This document shows, piece by piece, positions 43,985-55,500 of a stretch of 64,000 bases of DNA (its first letter is position 1; every line of letters begins with the position of its first letter). Under the pieces are notes generated by a model that saw only the letters and a program-made list of their open reading frames with translations, was not told the origin of the DNA and made no database searches. The translations under genes and the position numbers were made by a program. Source of the stretch: Aulosira sp. ZfuVER01 (GTDB lineage Bacteria; Cyanobacteriota; Cyanobacteriia; Cyanobacteriales; Nostocaceae); the NCBI GenBank assembly GCA_034530615.2, contig JAVRCV020000003.1, forward strand, positions 1 through 64,000, in the 5' to 3' direction.

Positions 43985-44263
43985 GTCTTTGTAGTAAAAA
44001 AACCACAGAGTCACAGAGCCACAGAGAGAAGAGAAATATTATTAGGTAATATTTACTGTAAATATTGATTCTTAACTCTTGATTTATCACTCTAGATGTT
44101 AAATTAACCACACTTCATTGCTAATTACTAAACCAGTGTCGTAACAACAATTAACATCATAAGCTGGCATGATTGTACCTGTGGTGTGTATAAAAAGGTT
44201 GACAATTTCTATTGATTTAAAGAATTATCTTAGGGAAACCGGATAGTCACTTTCGAGGAAACT

Positions 44264-46438
44264 ATGCACACAGTAATACTCGTTCTCTTTGAGGTGCTGA
44301 TTGTTATCGGACTGTCACGGCTAGTAGGGCTGGCATTTAAGTCAGTTAAGCAACCGCTGGTAATCGGTGAGATTGTTGCCGGGATTATGCTTGGCCCTTC
44401 TCTATTTGGTCTGATTGCGCCATCAACAGCAGCTGCTTTGTTCCCACCTGAGACAATTCCATTTTTGAATGTGTTGTCTCAAGTGGGACTGATATTTTTC
44501 ATGTTTCTCATTGGTTTGGAACTCAATCCAAAATACCTCAGCGGCCAGTTAGAAACAGCTGTTTTGACTTCTCATGTCAGCATTTTGGTGCCATTTTCTT
44601 TAGGCACACTGTTAGCAGTGTTGCTTTATCCTCTAGTTTCTAATGCTAGTGTTTCTTTTACCGCCTTTGCCCTATTTTTGGGGGCGGCGATGTCAATTAC
44701 AGCCTTCCCTGTACTGGCACGAATTATTACCGAAAACAACTTGCAAGGAACGCGCTTAGGAACATTGGCTTTAACTTGCGCGGCGGTGGATGATGTGACG
44801 GCTTGGTGCGTGTTAGCAGTTGCGATCGCCGTCGCCAGAGAAGGTAGTATTGCTAGTGCATTCCCCACAATTCTCGAAAGCTTACTCTATATCGGCTTTA
44901 TGCTCACAGCAGGGCGTTGGTTCTTGCAACGTCTTGCTACCCACTACCAGCGCGCAGGGCGGTTGAGTCAATTGGTAGTAGCGTTGATTTATATGGCTGT
45001 TGTGGCTTCTGCCTTGATTACCGAACTAATTGGCATTCACCTAATTTTTGGAGCCTTTTTACTAGGTGCAGCCATGCCTAAAAATGCCGATTTAGTTAGG
45101 GAACTGGCAGAAAAAACCGAAGATTTTGTATTGGTATTTCTGCTACCAGTATTCTTTGCCTTTAGTGGTTTGCGCACACAAATTGGTTTGCTCAACCATC
45201 CTGAACTGTGGTTGCTGTGTGTATTGGTTTTAGGAGTGGCGATCGCAGGTAAGTATATTGGTACTTATGTGGCAGCGCGTGTCAGTGGGATTAATCAGCG
45301 AGAAGCATCAGCCCTTGGTTGGTTAATGAATACTCGCGGTTTGACTGAGTTAATCGTATTAAATATTGGTTTGGATTTAGGTGTGATTTCCCCCGTACTT
45401 TTTACCATGCTGGTGATTATGGCATTGGTAACAACATTTATGACCTCTCCATTGCTGGAATGGACATATCCGAAAAAGCTGATCCGGCTAGATGTGATCG
45501 AACCAGAATCGGCAGAAACCGAGAAGGAAACTACTGTTGGTAGCGAGTACCGAATTTTAGTACCAGTAGCTAATCCTAGCACCCAAAAAGGCTTAGTGCA
45601 GTTAGCAGTAGCGATCGCTCTCAACTATCGCCAACCTGCTGTGGTTCATCCCCTCAGTCTGATTGAATTTGAAGAAGACTATGCTTTTGAGAATACACCA
45701 GTTGAGGCTGACCGATTAATTGAGCAACGCCGCCAACAGTTAGAAGATTTGATTGAGACTCTAGAACCGCCAACAACACGTTCTTATGTCCAACCCATCA
45801 TCCGCCTATCGAGCAACGTTGCGAGAGAAACAGCCGAGATTGCCAAAATTGAGCAACCTAATTTGGTTTTAGTAGGTTGGCACCGTCCAGCTTTTAGTAA
45901 TAATCGTTTAGGTGGTAGAGTTGGTCAAATTTTGGCGACTACACCCGTAGATGTAGCAGTTTTTGTTGACCGAGGAGGAGAACGATTAGAAAGCTTGTTA
46001 GTTCCCTACTCTGGAAATATCCATGATGATTTAGCGCTAATACTGGCTTTGAGATTACTCATCAATCGCGATACTTGTACGTTGCAGATTTTACAAGTAG
46101 TGTCGGGCAATCAAGTTCACAATGAATTGAGTTACGAGCTGCACACAATGATGGAGCAAATGCCCAATAGCGTACGCGATCGCATTCAAATTAAGACTAT
46201 TGAGTCCCCAGAACCAATCCAAGCAGTTGTAGCAGCTTCAGAGACAGTCGATCTGACGATTGCCGGTACCAGCCGCGCTTGGGGTATCCAACGCCAAACT
46301 CTTGGAAGATATACAGATCAACTAGCGATTCAATGTCGTTCTTCATTGCTGATAACCCGCCGCTATAGTCAAGTTGCTGCGCATTTATCCTCCTTCCTTT
46401 CTGAAGCTAATACTCAAGAATCAGTCGCTAAGAGTTGA
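44264..46438 (+). CDS. cation:proton antiporter (CPA2) with C-terminal USP-like domains
   Basis: GEIVAGIMLGPS, SITAFPVLARI and LMNTRGLTELIVLNIG; soluble tail RILVPVANP...LVGWHRP. Confidence 0.93.
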   Translation: MHTVILVLFEVLIVIGLSRLVGLAFKSVKQPLVIGEIVAGIMLGPSLFGLIAPSTAAALFPPETIPFLNVLSQVGLIFFMFLIGLELNPKYLSGQLETAVLTSHVSILVPFSLGTLLAVLLYPLVSNASVSFTAFALFLGAAMSITAFPVLARIITENNLQGTRLGTLALTCAAVDDVTAWCVLAVAIAVAREGSIASAFPTILESLLYIGFMLTAGRWFLQRLATHYQRAGRLSQLVVALIYMAVVASALITELIGIHLIFGAFLLGAAMPKNADLVRELAEKTEDFVLVFLLPVFFAFSGLRTQIGLLNHPELWLLCVLVLGVAIAGKYIGTYVAARVSGINQREASALGWLMNTRGLTELIVLNIGLDLGVISPVLFTMLVIMALVTTFMTSPLLEWTYPKKLIRLDVIEPESAETEKETTVGSEYRILVPVANPSTQKGLVQLAVAIALNYRQPAVVHPLSLIEFEEDYAFENTPVEADRLIEQRRQQLEDLIETLEPPTTRSYVQPIIRLSSNVARETAEIAKIEQPNLVLVGWHRPAFSNNRLGGRVGQILATTPVDVAVFVDRGGERLESLLVPYSGNIHDDLALILALRLLINRDTCTLQILQVVSGNQVHNELSYELHTMMEQMPNSVRDRIQIKTIESPEPIQAVVAASETVDLTIAGTSRAWGIQRQTLGRYTDQLAIQCRSSLLITRRYSQVAAHLSSFLSEANTQESVAKS

Positions 46439-46442
46439 AACT

Positions 46443-46967
46443 ATGAATCATTTCAATTTAAAATCCTTAGCCTTTTATGGTATTGCGATCGGTTCAGTTC
46501 TCCTGTTATTTAAAACTGTCAGCGCCTACGGAGAAACAACTCTCAAAGCTCCTCCTGCAATTAACAATCGCTATCGCGTCGCTTTGGCAGACAATATACC
46601 AAACTGTGATAAACCAGATAATTTGATACTTAACATTCAACAATCCGGTATTTATATAAATGCCTCGTTCTTACCAGAAAACAATAATGATGAGACACCC
46701 AATATCAATCCTAAAAATGATTTCCTCTCAGGCATATTGAAAAATCAGGAATTGAGTTTATCGGGCAAACTTGACAGAGCTAATTTGTGTAATCTTGCTT
46801 CTCCCAAAGATGCATACGTTCACTTAGCGAGAATACAAATGCAATTAGTAGGCCAAGGAAATTTTATCGGTCAATTAACCTTGAGTGGTAGCACCAAAAA
46901 TTTTAAATTTACAGCCGTACCCCAAAAAAATCAAAATAAATCTCAGCAGCTAAAAAAAAGACATTAA
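46443..46967 (+). CDS. hypothetical membrane-anchored protein
   Basis: ATG 4 bp after the antiporter stop; N-terminal TM (LAFYGIAIGSVLLLF) and IQQSGIYINA. Confidence 0.7.
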   Translation: MNHFNLKSLAFYGIAIGSVLLLFKTVSAYGETTLKAPPAINNRYRVALADNIPNCDKPDNLILNIQQSGIYINASFLPENNNDETPNINPKNDFLSGILKNQELSLSGKLDRANLCNLASPKDAYVHLARIQMQLVGQGNFIGQLTLSGSTKNFKFTAVPQKNQNKSQQLKKRH

Positions 46968-47023
46968 TTAGCTAATAACGATTCCAAAAATGCCAAATAG
47001 CTCAAAATAAAACAGTAAAAATC

Positions 47024-47935
47024 ATGGATCAAGATTTAAGTACTAAGCAATTTCTTCCATATTGCCAGCAGCTATTTGGTATTAGCTTATTTGGCATATA
47101 TATAGCAATTACTCTACAAGCTGGTAGCAGTAGTGCCAATCCAGTCGGGAAGCAAATACAAGCTCCCAATTATCCCAATGTCTCACCGGCTGTTCCCTTA
47201 GCTAGGCTGGATGATTGGCGGTTTTCTCCAGAGGTTTTGCAACTAGAATTTTCTCTCTCAGCAAGTACAACACCTCATTACTTCTATCTAGCCCAACCTC
47301 CGCGTATTGTTGTAGATTTGCCTAATACCAAATTGGGGTATGTTCCCAGACAACAAAATTATTCAGGAGCTATCCAAAGAGTCCGTGTTTCCCAATTAAA
47401 CGCAGGCGTAACTCGGATTGTTTTGGATTTAGCATCAGGCAATTTTTTAGATCCAAATCAAGTTAAATTGCAACCTATATCTAAGAAAAACCCTACTCGC
47501 TGGGTGTTACGTCCTTTTAGCTCTGGTTATAGAAACTCTGTACAACCAGGAAACTATCCACAACAACCTATTAACTTACCTCAATTTCCATACAACTATC
47601 CACAACAACCTATTAGCCAACCATCAACTACCAACCAACAATCACCTTTTTTTACTTTACCGCCATCATCTAACAACTTACCGGCAATACCTACTAACCA
47701 ACAGCAACCTTTTGTTGTTGTACCGCCTCTGACACCTAATAACCAATCTCAACTACCTAGTTCTTCACTTACTCCACCTATTTTCTCAAATCAACCTGGT
47801 AACTTTAACAACCCTGCTTCTATTGCCAAACCTGATTTTCCAGTCCCTACAATTCCTCAATATCACTATCCATCTAATGTTCCTGAAACCCCAGTGATTG
47901 AGTTTGGTCAACCCATTCCTAAAACTGGAAACTAA
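47024..47935 (+). CDS. AMIN-domain protein with Pro/Gln-rich tail
   Basis: LAQPPRIVVDLP and RVRVSQLNAGVTRIVLDL; C-terminal VIEFGQPIP. Confidence 0.85.
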   Translation: MDQDLSTKQFLPYCQQLFGISLFGIYIAITLQAGSSSANPVGKQIQAPNYPNVSPAVPLARLDDWRFSPEVLQLEFSLSASTTPHYFYLAQPPRIVVDLPNTKLGYVPRQQNYSGAIQRVRVSQLNAGVTRIVLDLASGNFLDPNQVKLQPISKKNPTRWVLRPFSSGYRNSVQPGNYPQQPINLPQFPYNYPQQPISQPSTTNQQSPFFTLPPSSNNLPAIPTNQQQPFVVVPPLTPNNQSQLPSSSLTPPIFSNQPGNFNNPASIAKPDFPVPTIPQYHYPSNVPETPVIEFGQPIPKTGN

Positions 47936-48155
47936 TAAGTTAAGTTAAAATACTTTTTTATTCAGACTGCTTTCTACGTGAGATCAAAATCTGTGTTCTG
48001 GGAAAATTGGGAGCCTCTCAGGATGTAAGCCCGATATTTAGTCAATGTATCTCTATTTTTCGGATAATTCGGAAAGCTATAGACTTGTTGACTTCCTACA
48101 ACTGATCAATCTGAAAGTATGGGCTACAAAACTTTACTTAGTTCAGTTGAATTTC

Positions 48156-48530
48156 CTATTTTAAATGTAATATTAATAAGCCGACAAAAACCATAATAGA
48201 CATACCTACTAAAAATAGGTTGTCTGCAATTAATTCAAACTTTCTATTATTATTGTTTCTGATAGATATATAAGATAAAAAGCAAGAAGTAATGAATATA
48301 AGGGTATCAACCCCTAATATATCATCAGCATAAGTGTTCATTTGGAAATTGATTGTCCGCAAAAACGTAATCACCGTTATACATACACCAATCATTGTTG
48401 AAGCTGTTGGTAAAATGTGGTATGACAACGGCTCTTTTGATTGTTTTGGCTGCAAATTAGCTTTTTCCACTAAATTTTGAAATATCCAACTAGCAAAGAT
48501 TGGAAATCTACTATTTTTCTGATAGCGCAT
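48156..48530 (-). CDS. small hypothetical membrane protein
   Basis: Three hydrophobic helices; HILPTASTMIGVCITVI and ELIADNLFLVGM. Confidence 0.65.
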   Translation of the reverse strand: MRYQKNSRFPIFASWIFQNLVEKANLQPKQSKEPLSYHILPTASTMIGVCITVITFLRTINFQMNTYADDILGVDTLIFITSCFLSYISIRNNNNRKFELIADNLFLVGMSIMVFVGLLILHLK

Positions 48531-48873
48531 TTAAATCTTAGGAAGTAAAAATCCTCAGCTTTCAACTCAAAGTATAAAAACTTCTGCTGTAATCACTTTA
48601 AAGATAAATGACATCGCTCTAAAAATCTAAAAAGCCAATTATGCCATATTTCAATAATTAAATTAAGAAAACATTTATAAATTAACTAGTATATGTGGCA
48701 ATTTAATGGCTAACTTATGACGTAAATATGTCATTTATAAAATACTTATGTTTTAGTTAGTTTTAAATAGTAAAATTAGTTGTCTTATCAGCATTTAAAT
48801 TACCTAAATATCATTTATGATAGGGAAATTTAACAATTTTTTACAGCGTTTCTCATAACAGCGAAAACGGAAA

Positions 48874-51267
48874 ATGTTGAGCATCAGATATCAGCGGATT
48901 TTGCATTACGGCATGGCTGTATTCAGTGTGTTATTAGCACTAATACTAACTCTCATCTTGCAGCCCGTTCTCGACAAGAGCAGATTGGTAATATTTTTTG
49001 CTGCGGTAGCTGTCAGTAATTGGTATGGTGGATTCAAACCAGGATTACTAGCGACAATCTTGGCAGTATTAGTGAGCGATTTTTTCTTTATACCTCCGAT
49101 TTACTCTGTCACGCCCACCAGTTGGGAAAATATCACCCAGCTATTTGTATTTGTATTTGTTTCAGTTTTGATTAATTCGCTGAATACAGAACTGAGGATA
49201 GCTAGAAACCGCTCTCAAGCTAGTTTAGTCAAAGCAGAAGCGGCACGCAAAGAAGTCACCAACATCTTGGAAAGTATCACTGATGCTTTTATTTCTTTTA
49301 ACAATCAGTGGTGCTGCATTTATATTAATGAACAAGCTCTGAGGCTATTACACAAAACCCGCGACGAGCTAATTGGAAAGCAGGTATGGGAAGAAGTATT
49401 TCCCCATGTATTTGGAGATTTGGCTTACCAAGAATTGCATCGTGCTGTGAATGAACAGACTACTCTGGTGTTTGAAGATTTTGCACATTCTATTGGCATT
49501 TGGCTGGAAATTCATGCTTATCCTTCCGCAAATGGGCTGGCACTGTACTTTAGAGATATCAGCGATCGCAAGCAAGCAGAGGAAGAACGCACTCAGCATC
49601 TGATCCAAGCACAGCAACATACATATCGATTGCAAAGGCTAGCTGAGATATCTCTCACCATCAACTCAACGCTATCGCTCAAAGAAAGGCTGCAATTACT
49701 GACTGAACAGTCCCGGGAAACCATCGGAGCGCATCAATCAGCCACTAGTATAACGATAGATGAAAACTCGGCACAGGCGATTCATGCAGTGTCTCTCTCA
49801 AACAAGTACGCACATCAGCAGAATTACCAGCACAAACCAGATAGTGCTGTTGTTTCTCAACTGATTTGTCGTCTACAAGGCTCGATCCGAATGAGTCAGG
49901 CTGAACTAGAGTCTCATCCCATTTGGAGTGGATTTGCTAAAGAATTTTGTCAGTCTTTACCAATGCGCGGTTGGCTAGCAGCACCACTTATTCATGCTAA
50001 CGGCAAAAAGATTGGTCTGATTCAGCTTTCTGACAAATATGAAGGTGAATTTACAGAAGACGACGAAACTATTCTGGTGCAATTAACTCAGATGGCATCA
50101 TTAGCAATCAATAATGCCCATCTCTACGAAGAATCTCAACGAGCCAATCGAGTCAAGGATGAGTTTTTAGCAATGCTCTCCCATGAATTGCGATCGCCTC
50201 TAAATGCGATTCTTGGTTGGGCACAAGTCTTGCGCTCTGGGAAGTTGAATCAAGACATTACTATGCGTGCTTTAGAAACTATTGAGCGCAATGCCAAATT
50301 ACAAACTCAACTCATTGAAGATTTGCTAGATGTTTCTCGCATCCTCAGAGGTAATATCAGCCTGAATGCCTTTCCCATCAACCCAGCATTACCGATTTCA
50401 GCAGCGATCGAGACTATGCGCTTGGCTGCAGAAGCTAAATCGATTCAGATTGTGCCTGTGATTGAATCTAATATCGGCACGATCTCAGGTGATTCAAATC
50501 GCTTACAACAGATTGTGTGGAATTTGCTATCTAACGCCATTAAGTTCACATCCCCAGGAGGAAGAGTGGAAATTCGACTAACTGCTGTAGACTCGCAGGC
50601 GCAAATTCAAGTGAGCGATACAGGTAAAGGAATTAGCTCTGAATTTCTACCTTATGTGTTCGACTATTTCCGCCAAGCTGATGCTTCGATTAGCCGAAAT
50701 TATGGCGGATTGGGGCTAGGTTTAGCGATTGTGCGCCACTTGGTAGAAGTGCATGGCGGTACTGTTGCGGCAGAAAGTTTAGGAGAGGGACAAGGAGCTA
50801 CTTTCACAGTCAAATTCCCCTTGCTGAAGCAACAGCCAGTAAAAAATCAGATAAATAAATCGTTAAACAGTCTGCCAAACATCAACGGGGTAAAGGTACT
50901 GGTTGTTGATGATGATGTTGATGCACGGGATTTTCTGGTGTTTATCTTAGAGCAGCATGGAGCGATCGCTTTAGCTTCAGCTTCAGCAACAGAAGCTTTA
51001 GAGCGCTTAGAACACTTCCAACCACATATCTTGCTCAGTGATATCGGAATGCCAGGAGAAGATGGGTATAATTTTATTCGCAGAGTCAGAGTTATAGAAT
51101 CTCCTGGCATCAAACAAATTCCGGCGATCGCACTTACAGCTTACGCATCTAACGAAGACTGTAATCAAGCATTAAAAGCAGGCTTTCAAAGGCACATTCC
51201 TAAGCCAGTAGATCCAGCTGAGTTAATTACGATTATTGCTAACCTCAATGCTAGCTATGAACGCTAA
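48874..51267 (+). CDS. hybrid sensor histidine kinase (DUF4118-PAS-GAF-HisKA-HATPase-REC)
   Basis: WYGGFKPGL, ILESITDAF, FLAMLSHELRSPL, NLLSNAIKFT, GGLGLGL, VLVVDDD and SDIGMP. Confidence 0.95.
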   Translation: MLSIRYQRILHYGMAVFSVLLALILTLILQPVLDKSRLVIFFAAVAVSNWYGGFKPGLLATILAVLVSDFFFIPPIYSVTPTSWENITQLFVFVFVSVLINSLNTELRIARNRSQASLVKAEAARKEVTNILESITDAFISFNNQWCCIYINEQALRLLHKTRDELIGKQVWEEVFPHVFGDLAYQELHRAVNEQTTLVFEDFAHSIGIWLEIHAYPSANGLALYFRDISDRKQAEEERTQHLIQAQQHTYRLQRLAEISLTINSTLSLKERLQLLTEQSRETIGAHQSATSITIDENSAQAIHAVSLSNKYAHQQNYQHKPDSAVVSQLICRLQGSIRMSQAELESHPIWSGFAKEFCQSLPMRGWLAAPLIHANGKKIGLIQLSDKYEGEFTEDDETILVQLTQMASLAINNAHLYEESQRANRVKDEFLAMLSHELRSPLNAILGWAQVLRSGKLNQDITMRALETIERNAKLQTQLIEDLLDVSRILRGNISLNAFPINPALPISAAIETMRLAAEAKSIQIVPVIESNIGTISGDSNRLQQIVWNLLSNAIKFTSPGGRVEIRLTAVDSQAQIQVSDTGKGISSEFLPYVFDYFRQADASISRNYGGLGLGLAIVRHLVEVHGGTVAAESLGEGQGATFTVKFPLLKQQPVKNQINKSLNSLPNINGVKVLVVDDDVDARDFLVFILEQHGAIALASASATEALERLEHFQPHILLSDIGMPGEDGYNFIRRVRVIESPGIKQIPAIALTAYASNEDCNQALKAGFQRHIPKPVDPAELITIIANLNASYER

Positions 51268-51894
51268 ATTTTTAACAATTGCAAATCAGTATTTTTCTTT
51301 CCAGATAATTATGACTCGTGATGCGTAAAGCTCCCAAAACGTAATTCATTAAATTGCAATTAAGTTAGTTTAAACCTTAGCCAAATACTCAATTTAACAA
51401 GCTTGCTGCTAACAAAAATACTTTTTTATGTCTCTAGTTCAAAGGCTAAAAGTTTTGACATTTATATTCAAATGTATTTATTGTTTAATGATTCTTGGTA
51501 TTTCCAAGTAAAATTATGGTGGAGTATCCCCTACTTCAGCCATTACATTAGAGTTCACCATCTGTGCAAACACGTAAGCACTTCCCAGACTGCTATGACG
51601 GATTTCTTGCAACGAATCTCTAGAGTATGCTGCTCTAACTATCTAGTTTAAATAATTCTTCAAAATATAATTCATATCTGATAATTTTCTGATGGTTGAT
51701 TCCTAACAATTTGTAAATCACCCTTTCAGATAACCCATTCGGGTGATGTGTGCTGAACCCTGTCCATTATAAATTTTGTATAAAACTAAGACATACTTTA
51801 TCAAGCAAATTTACTCCACTATTGGAAAAGTGCGATTGCCCAAACTTAGGTATCGCTTTCGAGTCTCACACTTAGTTTAAGAAGCAGGCCTTTT

Positions 51895-52209
51895 ATGAAA
51901 GAAATTGTTCAACAAGCTTTAAATACTGGCTATTTGAGTGTCGCAGCCCAAAATCAGATCCGATTGCTGCTGCAAAGTGATTATGACTCAGAAGACTTAG
52001 ATGCATACATCATTTTGCAGCGAGCTGTAGTGGCGGGTGATGTCAAGCAGGAACCACGTAGTCCAAAAGCTTCCCGTTCCAGTACAGCTAAAGATGCTGC
52101 ATCAAATATCAAACTTGCCTATCAAGTTGCAGCCGAGCTGGCTTGTGTCGCAGCTATGGCTTTGACAATGCCAAAAAACAGCAAAGATTCTTCTTACTTA
52201 GGTGCATGA
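51895..52209 (+). CDS. small conserved cyanobacterial hypothetical protein
   Basis: IVQQALNTGYLSVAAQNQIRLLL...LQRAVVAGDVKQE. Confidence 0.7.
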   Translation: MKEIVQQALNTGYLSVAAQNQIRLLLQSDYDSEDLDAYIILQRAVVAGDVKQEPRSPKASRSSTAKDAASNIKLAYQVAAELACVAAMALTMPKNSKDSSYLGA

Positions 52210-52847
52210 GAGGCTGTCAAAAAATATCTCATCGCGTTTAGGGTAAGGGTGCAAGGAAAGACAAGGGAAGGGAGAGGTAACTAATAAACTTGCCTACTGT
52301 CTAGCAACAAATGAAAAATGAAAAAATTTTTTATCTGTCCTGTGTACGCAGTTCATGATGGTTACTTAGATGATTGGCGATATGCTACAGTACAGGATTT
52401 TCGTTCTTGAATTACTAGAAATCCTCAGCAAAGATTATTAAAAAAGCATTAAAAATAGAAATCTGGTTTGAACTCATGGCCGATTTTTTTCATATGGAGT
52501 CAAAACCTTGAATAAAGCTTCTAGAGAGGTTCTTACCAGTTATTATCCAGCTAGTAATTAAATCTAAAATAAATATAAATACTGAAAAAATTTAATACAC
52601 ACAGATAATTTTATAATTGAGCAGAAAATCACAGTCAATAGTTAAGTTTTACAATACCAAGCACAGATTTCAGAAGACCGATTAACATAGGAAATGGTCT
52701 TGGTGTAAACTCTAGCAACGCTGACAAGAATGATTCTCAATGCTTAACAAAGTCATAGCATTCTTACAAACATAGTATAAAGAATTGGCAACATTGGGTA
52801 AAGACAGTAAAAAATAACCTTAGCTAAACTTGGAGTTTTGCCAACCT

Positions 52848-55412
52848 ATGCAGCCAATTCGTACATTTAACGTCTCTCCTTCTCTTCCGCCGCGACTCGA
52901 ACCGCTGCGGCGGCTGGCATATAACTTGCACTGGGATTGGAACGTTGAGAGCAAAGATTTATTTCGCCGCTTAGATCCCGACTTGTGGGAGTCTAGCCAC
53001 CATAACCCAGTTTTAATGCTGGGTACTATCAGCCAAGGGCGACTGTTAGAAGTTGTAGAAGATGAAGGCTTCTTGGCGCAAATGGATAGAGCCGCGCGCC
53101 AGCTAGAAGATTATCTACAAGAGCGCTCCTGGTATCAGAAACAGCGCAGCCAAAAACCTAAAGAATGCTACGCTTATTTTTCTGCTGAATTTGGATTAGT
53201 AGATTGTCTACCTGTTTATTCTGGCGGTTTGGGTGTTCTGGCGGGCGATCACCTCAAATCTGCTAGCGATCTGGGATTACCCTTGGTTGGTGTTGGCTTA
53301 CTTTACCAACAAGGTTACTTTGCCCAGTATCTCAATGCTGATGGTTGGCAGCAAGAACGCTATCCAATCAACGATTTCTACAATATGCCTTTACACCTGG
53401 AGCGTAATTCTGATGGTACAGAATTACGCATCGCCGTAGAGTACCCAGGTCGCAAGGTGTACGCTAGGGTTTGGCGGGTACAGGTGGGAACAGTACCACT
53501 GTATTTGTTGGATACTAACATTGAACCCAACAACCCTTACGACCATGACATCACAGATCAGCTGTATGGTGGCGACATTGATATGCGTATCCACCAGGAA
53601 ATCATGCTGGGTATCGGTGGTGTCCAGATGTTAAAAGCTTTGGGGTATAAAGTTACTGCTTACCACATGAATGAAGGTCACGCAGCCTTCTCAGCCCTAG
53701 AGCGCATCCGGATGTTGATTCAAGAAGAAGGGCTGAGTTACGCTGATGCTAAACAGGTGGTAGCATCCAGTAATATTTTCACTACCCACACGCCTGTCCC
53801 AGCGGGGATTGACTTGTTCCCGCCGCAGAAAATTTTGGACTACCTGAAATATTATGCAGCTATCTTTGGCTTGCCAGAGGAACAATTTTTAGGGCTGGGG
53901 CGTGAAAATACAGGTGATTTATCTGCACCCTTCAGTATGGCGGTGTTAGCGCTGAAGATGGCAACATTTTCTAATGGCGTGGCGCAACTGCATGGTGTGG
54001 TTTCACGGCAGATGTTCCAGGGATTGTGGAAGAAAGTACCTGTAGAGGAAGTACCGATCGCAGCAATTACCAATGGTGTCCATGCCCGTAGTTGTGTGGC
54101 AAAATCCACTCAGGAATTGTATGACCGTTACCTAGGGCCAAATTGGTCATCAGCACCACCAGATAACCAATTGTGGGAGAGGATGGACTCTATCCCCGAT
54201 GAGGAGTTGTGGCGCAATCACGAACGCTGTCGCTTGGATATGATTTTGTATGTGCGCGAGCATTTGGTAAAACATTTACGCGATCGCGGTGCTTCGGCTT
54301 CGGAAATTGCTCAAGCTCAAGAAGTTTTAGATCCAAACGTTTTAACCATTGGTTTTGCACGGCGTTTTGCTACCTACAAGCGTGCTACTCTCTGGATGCG
54401 CGATCTAGAACGCATCAGAAAGATTTTACTTGGTAATAAAAACCGGAAAGTGCAATTTGTGATTGCAGGTAAAGCACACCCGAAAGATATTCCCGGTAAA
54501 GAACTCATCCGTGAAATTAATCATTTCATCCGCGAGCAACATTTAGAAAAACAAGTGGTGTTTGTTCCCAATTACGACATTCACATATCTCGTTTGATGG
54601 TGGCTGGTTGTGATATCTGGTTAAATACGCCACGTCGTCCTAGAGAAGCCTCTGGTACTAGTGGAATGAAAGCTGCAATGAACGGCTTACCTAATTTAAG
54701 CGTCCTCGATGGCTGGTGGGATGAAGCTGATTATGTCCGCACTGGTTGGGCGATTGGACATGGAGAAAATTACGAAGATCCCAACTATCAAGATGAGGTA
54801 GAAGCCAACGCTCTCTACGATATCTTAGAGAAGGAAGTTGCGCCGCTATTTTACGATCATCGGGATGCTGATGGTTTACCTCGTCACTGGGTTGCCAAAA
54901 TGAAGGATGCGATTCGCTTGAATTGTCCGTTCTTCAACACAGCCCGGATGGTGCGAGAATATGCCCAACGAGCTTATTTCCCTGCTAGCGATCGCTATCA
55001 CACTCTCACTGCTGATAACTACGCCCCAGCGAAAGAATTAGCCGAGTGGAAAGCCAAACTCAGCGACCACTGGTTTAACATCAAAATCAAAGATGTTGAC
55101 GTGTCAGCAGCAGCAGATATTGAAGTCAACCAAACCGTCGCTGTCAAAGCCAAGGTAGATTTGGCAACATTGACAAACAACGATGTGCAAGTGGAACTAT
55201 ACCAAGGCACAATTGATGCCAATGGTGAGATAGTTAACGCTACTCCTGTTGTCATGGATTACCAAGGCGAGGATACACAAGGTTTAAGTGTTTACACGGC
55301 TAATGTCATTTACACAACCTCTGGTTTACAAGGTTTGTCTTTGCGCGTATTACCGAAACACCCATACCTCTCTAATGCTTATGAGCCAAGGTTGATTGCT
55401 TGGGCTGAGTAA
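52848..55412 (+). CDS. glgP: alpha-glucan (glycogen) phosphorylase
   Basis: YSGGLGVLAGD, HMNEGH, FARRFATYKR and EASGTSGMKAAMNG. ATG 52848 preferred. Confidence 0.97.
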   Translation: MQPIRTFNVSPSLPPRLEPLRRLAYNLHWDWNVESKDLFRRLDPDLWESSHHNPVLMLGTISQGRLLEVVEDEGFLAQMDRAARQLEDYLQERSWYQKQRSQKPKECYAYFSAEFGLVDCLPVYSGGLGVLAGDHLKSASDLGLPLVGVGLLYQQGYFAQYLNADGWQQERYPINDFYNMPLHLERNSDGTELRIAVEYPGRKVYARVWRVQVGTVPLYLLDTNIEPNNPYDHDITDQLYGGDIDMRIHQEIMLGIGGVQMLKALGYKVTAYHMNEGHAAFSALERIRMLIQEEGLSYADAKQVVASSNIFTTHTPVPAGIDLFPPQKILDYLKYYAAIFGLPEEQFLGLGRENTGDLSAPFSMAVLALKMATFSNGVAQLHGVVSRQMFQGLWKKVPVEEVPIAAITNGVHARSCVAKSTQELYDRYLGPNWSSAPPDNQLWERMDSIPDEELWRNHERCRLDMILYVREHLVKHLRDRGASASEIAQAQEVLDPNVLTIGFARRFATYKRATLWMRDLERIRKILLGNKNRKVQFVIAGKAHPKDIPGKELIREINHFIREQHLEKQVVFVPNYDIHISRLMVAGCDIWLNTPRRPREASGTSGMKAAMNGLPNLSVLDGWWDEADYVRTGWAIGHGENYEDPNYQDEVEANALYDILEKEVAPLFYDHRDADGLPRHWVAKMKDAIRLNCPFFNTARMVREYAQRAYFPASDRYHTLTADNYAPAKELAEWKAKLSDHWFNIKIKDVDVSAAADIEVNQTVAVKAKVDLATLTNNDVQVELYQGTIDANGEIVNATPVVMDYQGEDTQGLSVYTANVIYTTSGLQGLSLRVLPKHPYLSNAYEPRLIAWAE

Positions 55413-55430
55413 GTCAATTTTGGATTTTGC

Positions 55431-55470
55431 GGAAAGTCTGAGCGCCGGAAGCCGGCGCTCAGAACTTTCC
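55431..55470. terminator. palindrome between convergent glgP and DUF429 genes
   Basis: ggaaagtctgagcgccgg-aag-ccggcgctcagaactttcc embedded in STRR heptamers. Confidence 0.6.
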
Positions 55471-55500
55471 AAGACGGATTTTAGATTAGTAATCCAAAAT

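Noticed and set aside
43805..44111. Three short ORFs between the antiporters
   Set aside because: Derived from GC-rich dispersed repeats.
51403..51651. 82-aa ORF after the histidine kinase
   Set aside because: TTG start, atypical composition and no recognisable motif.
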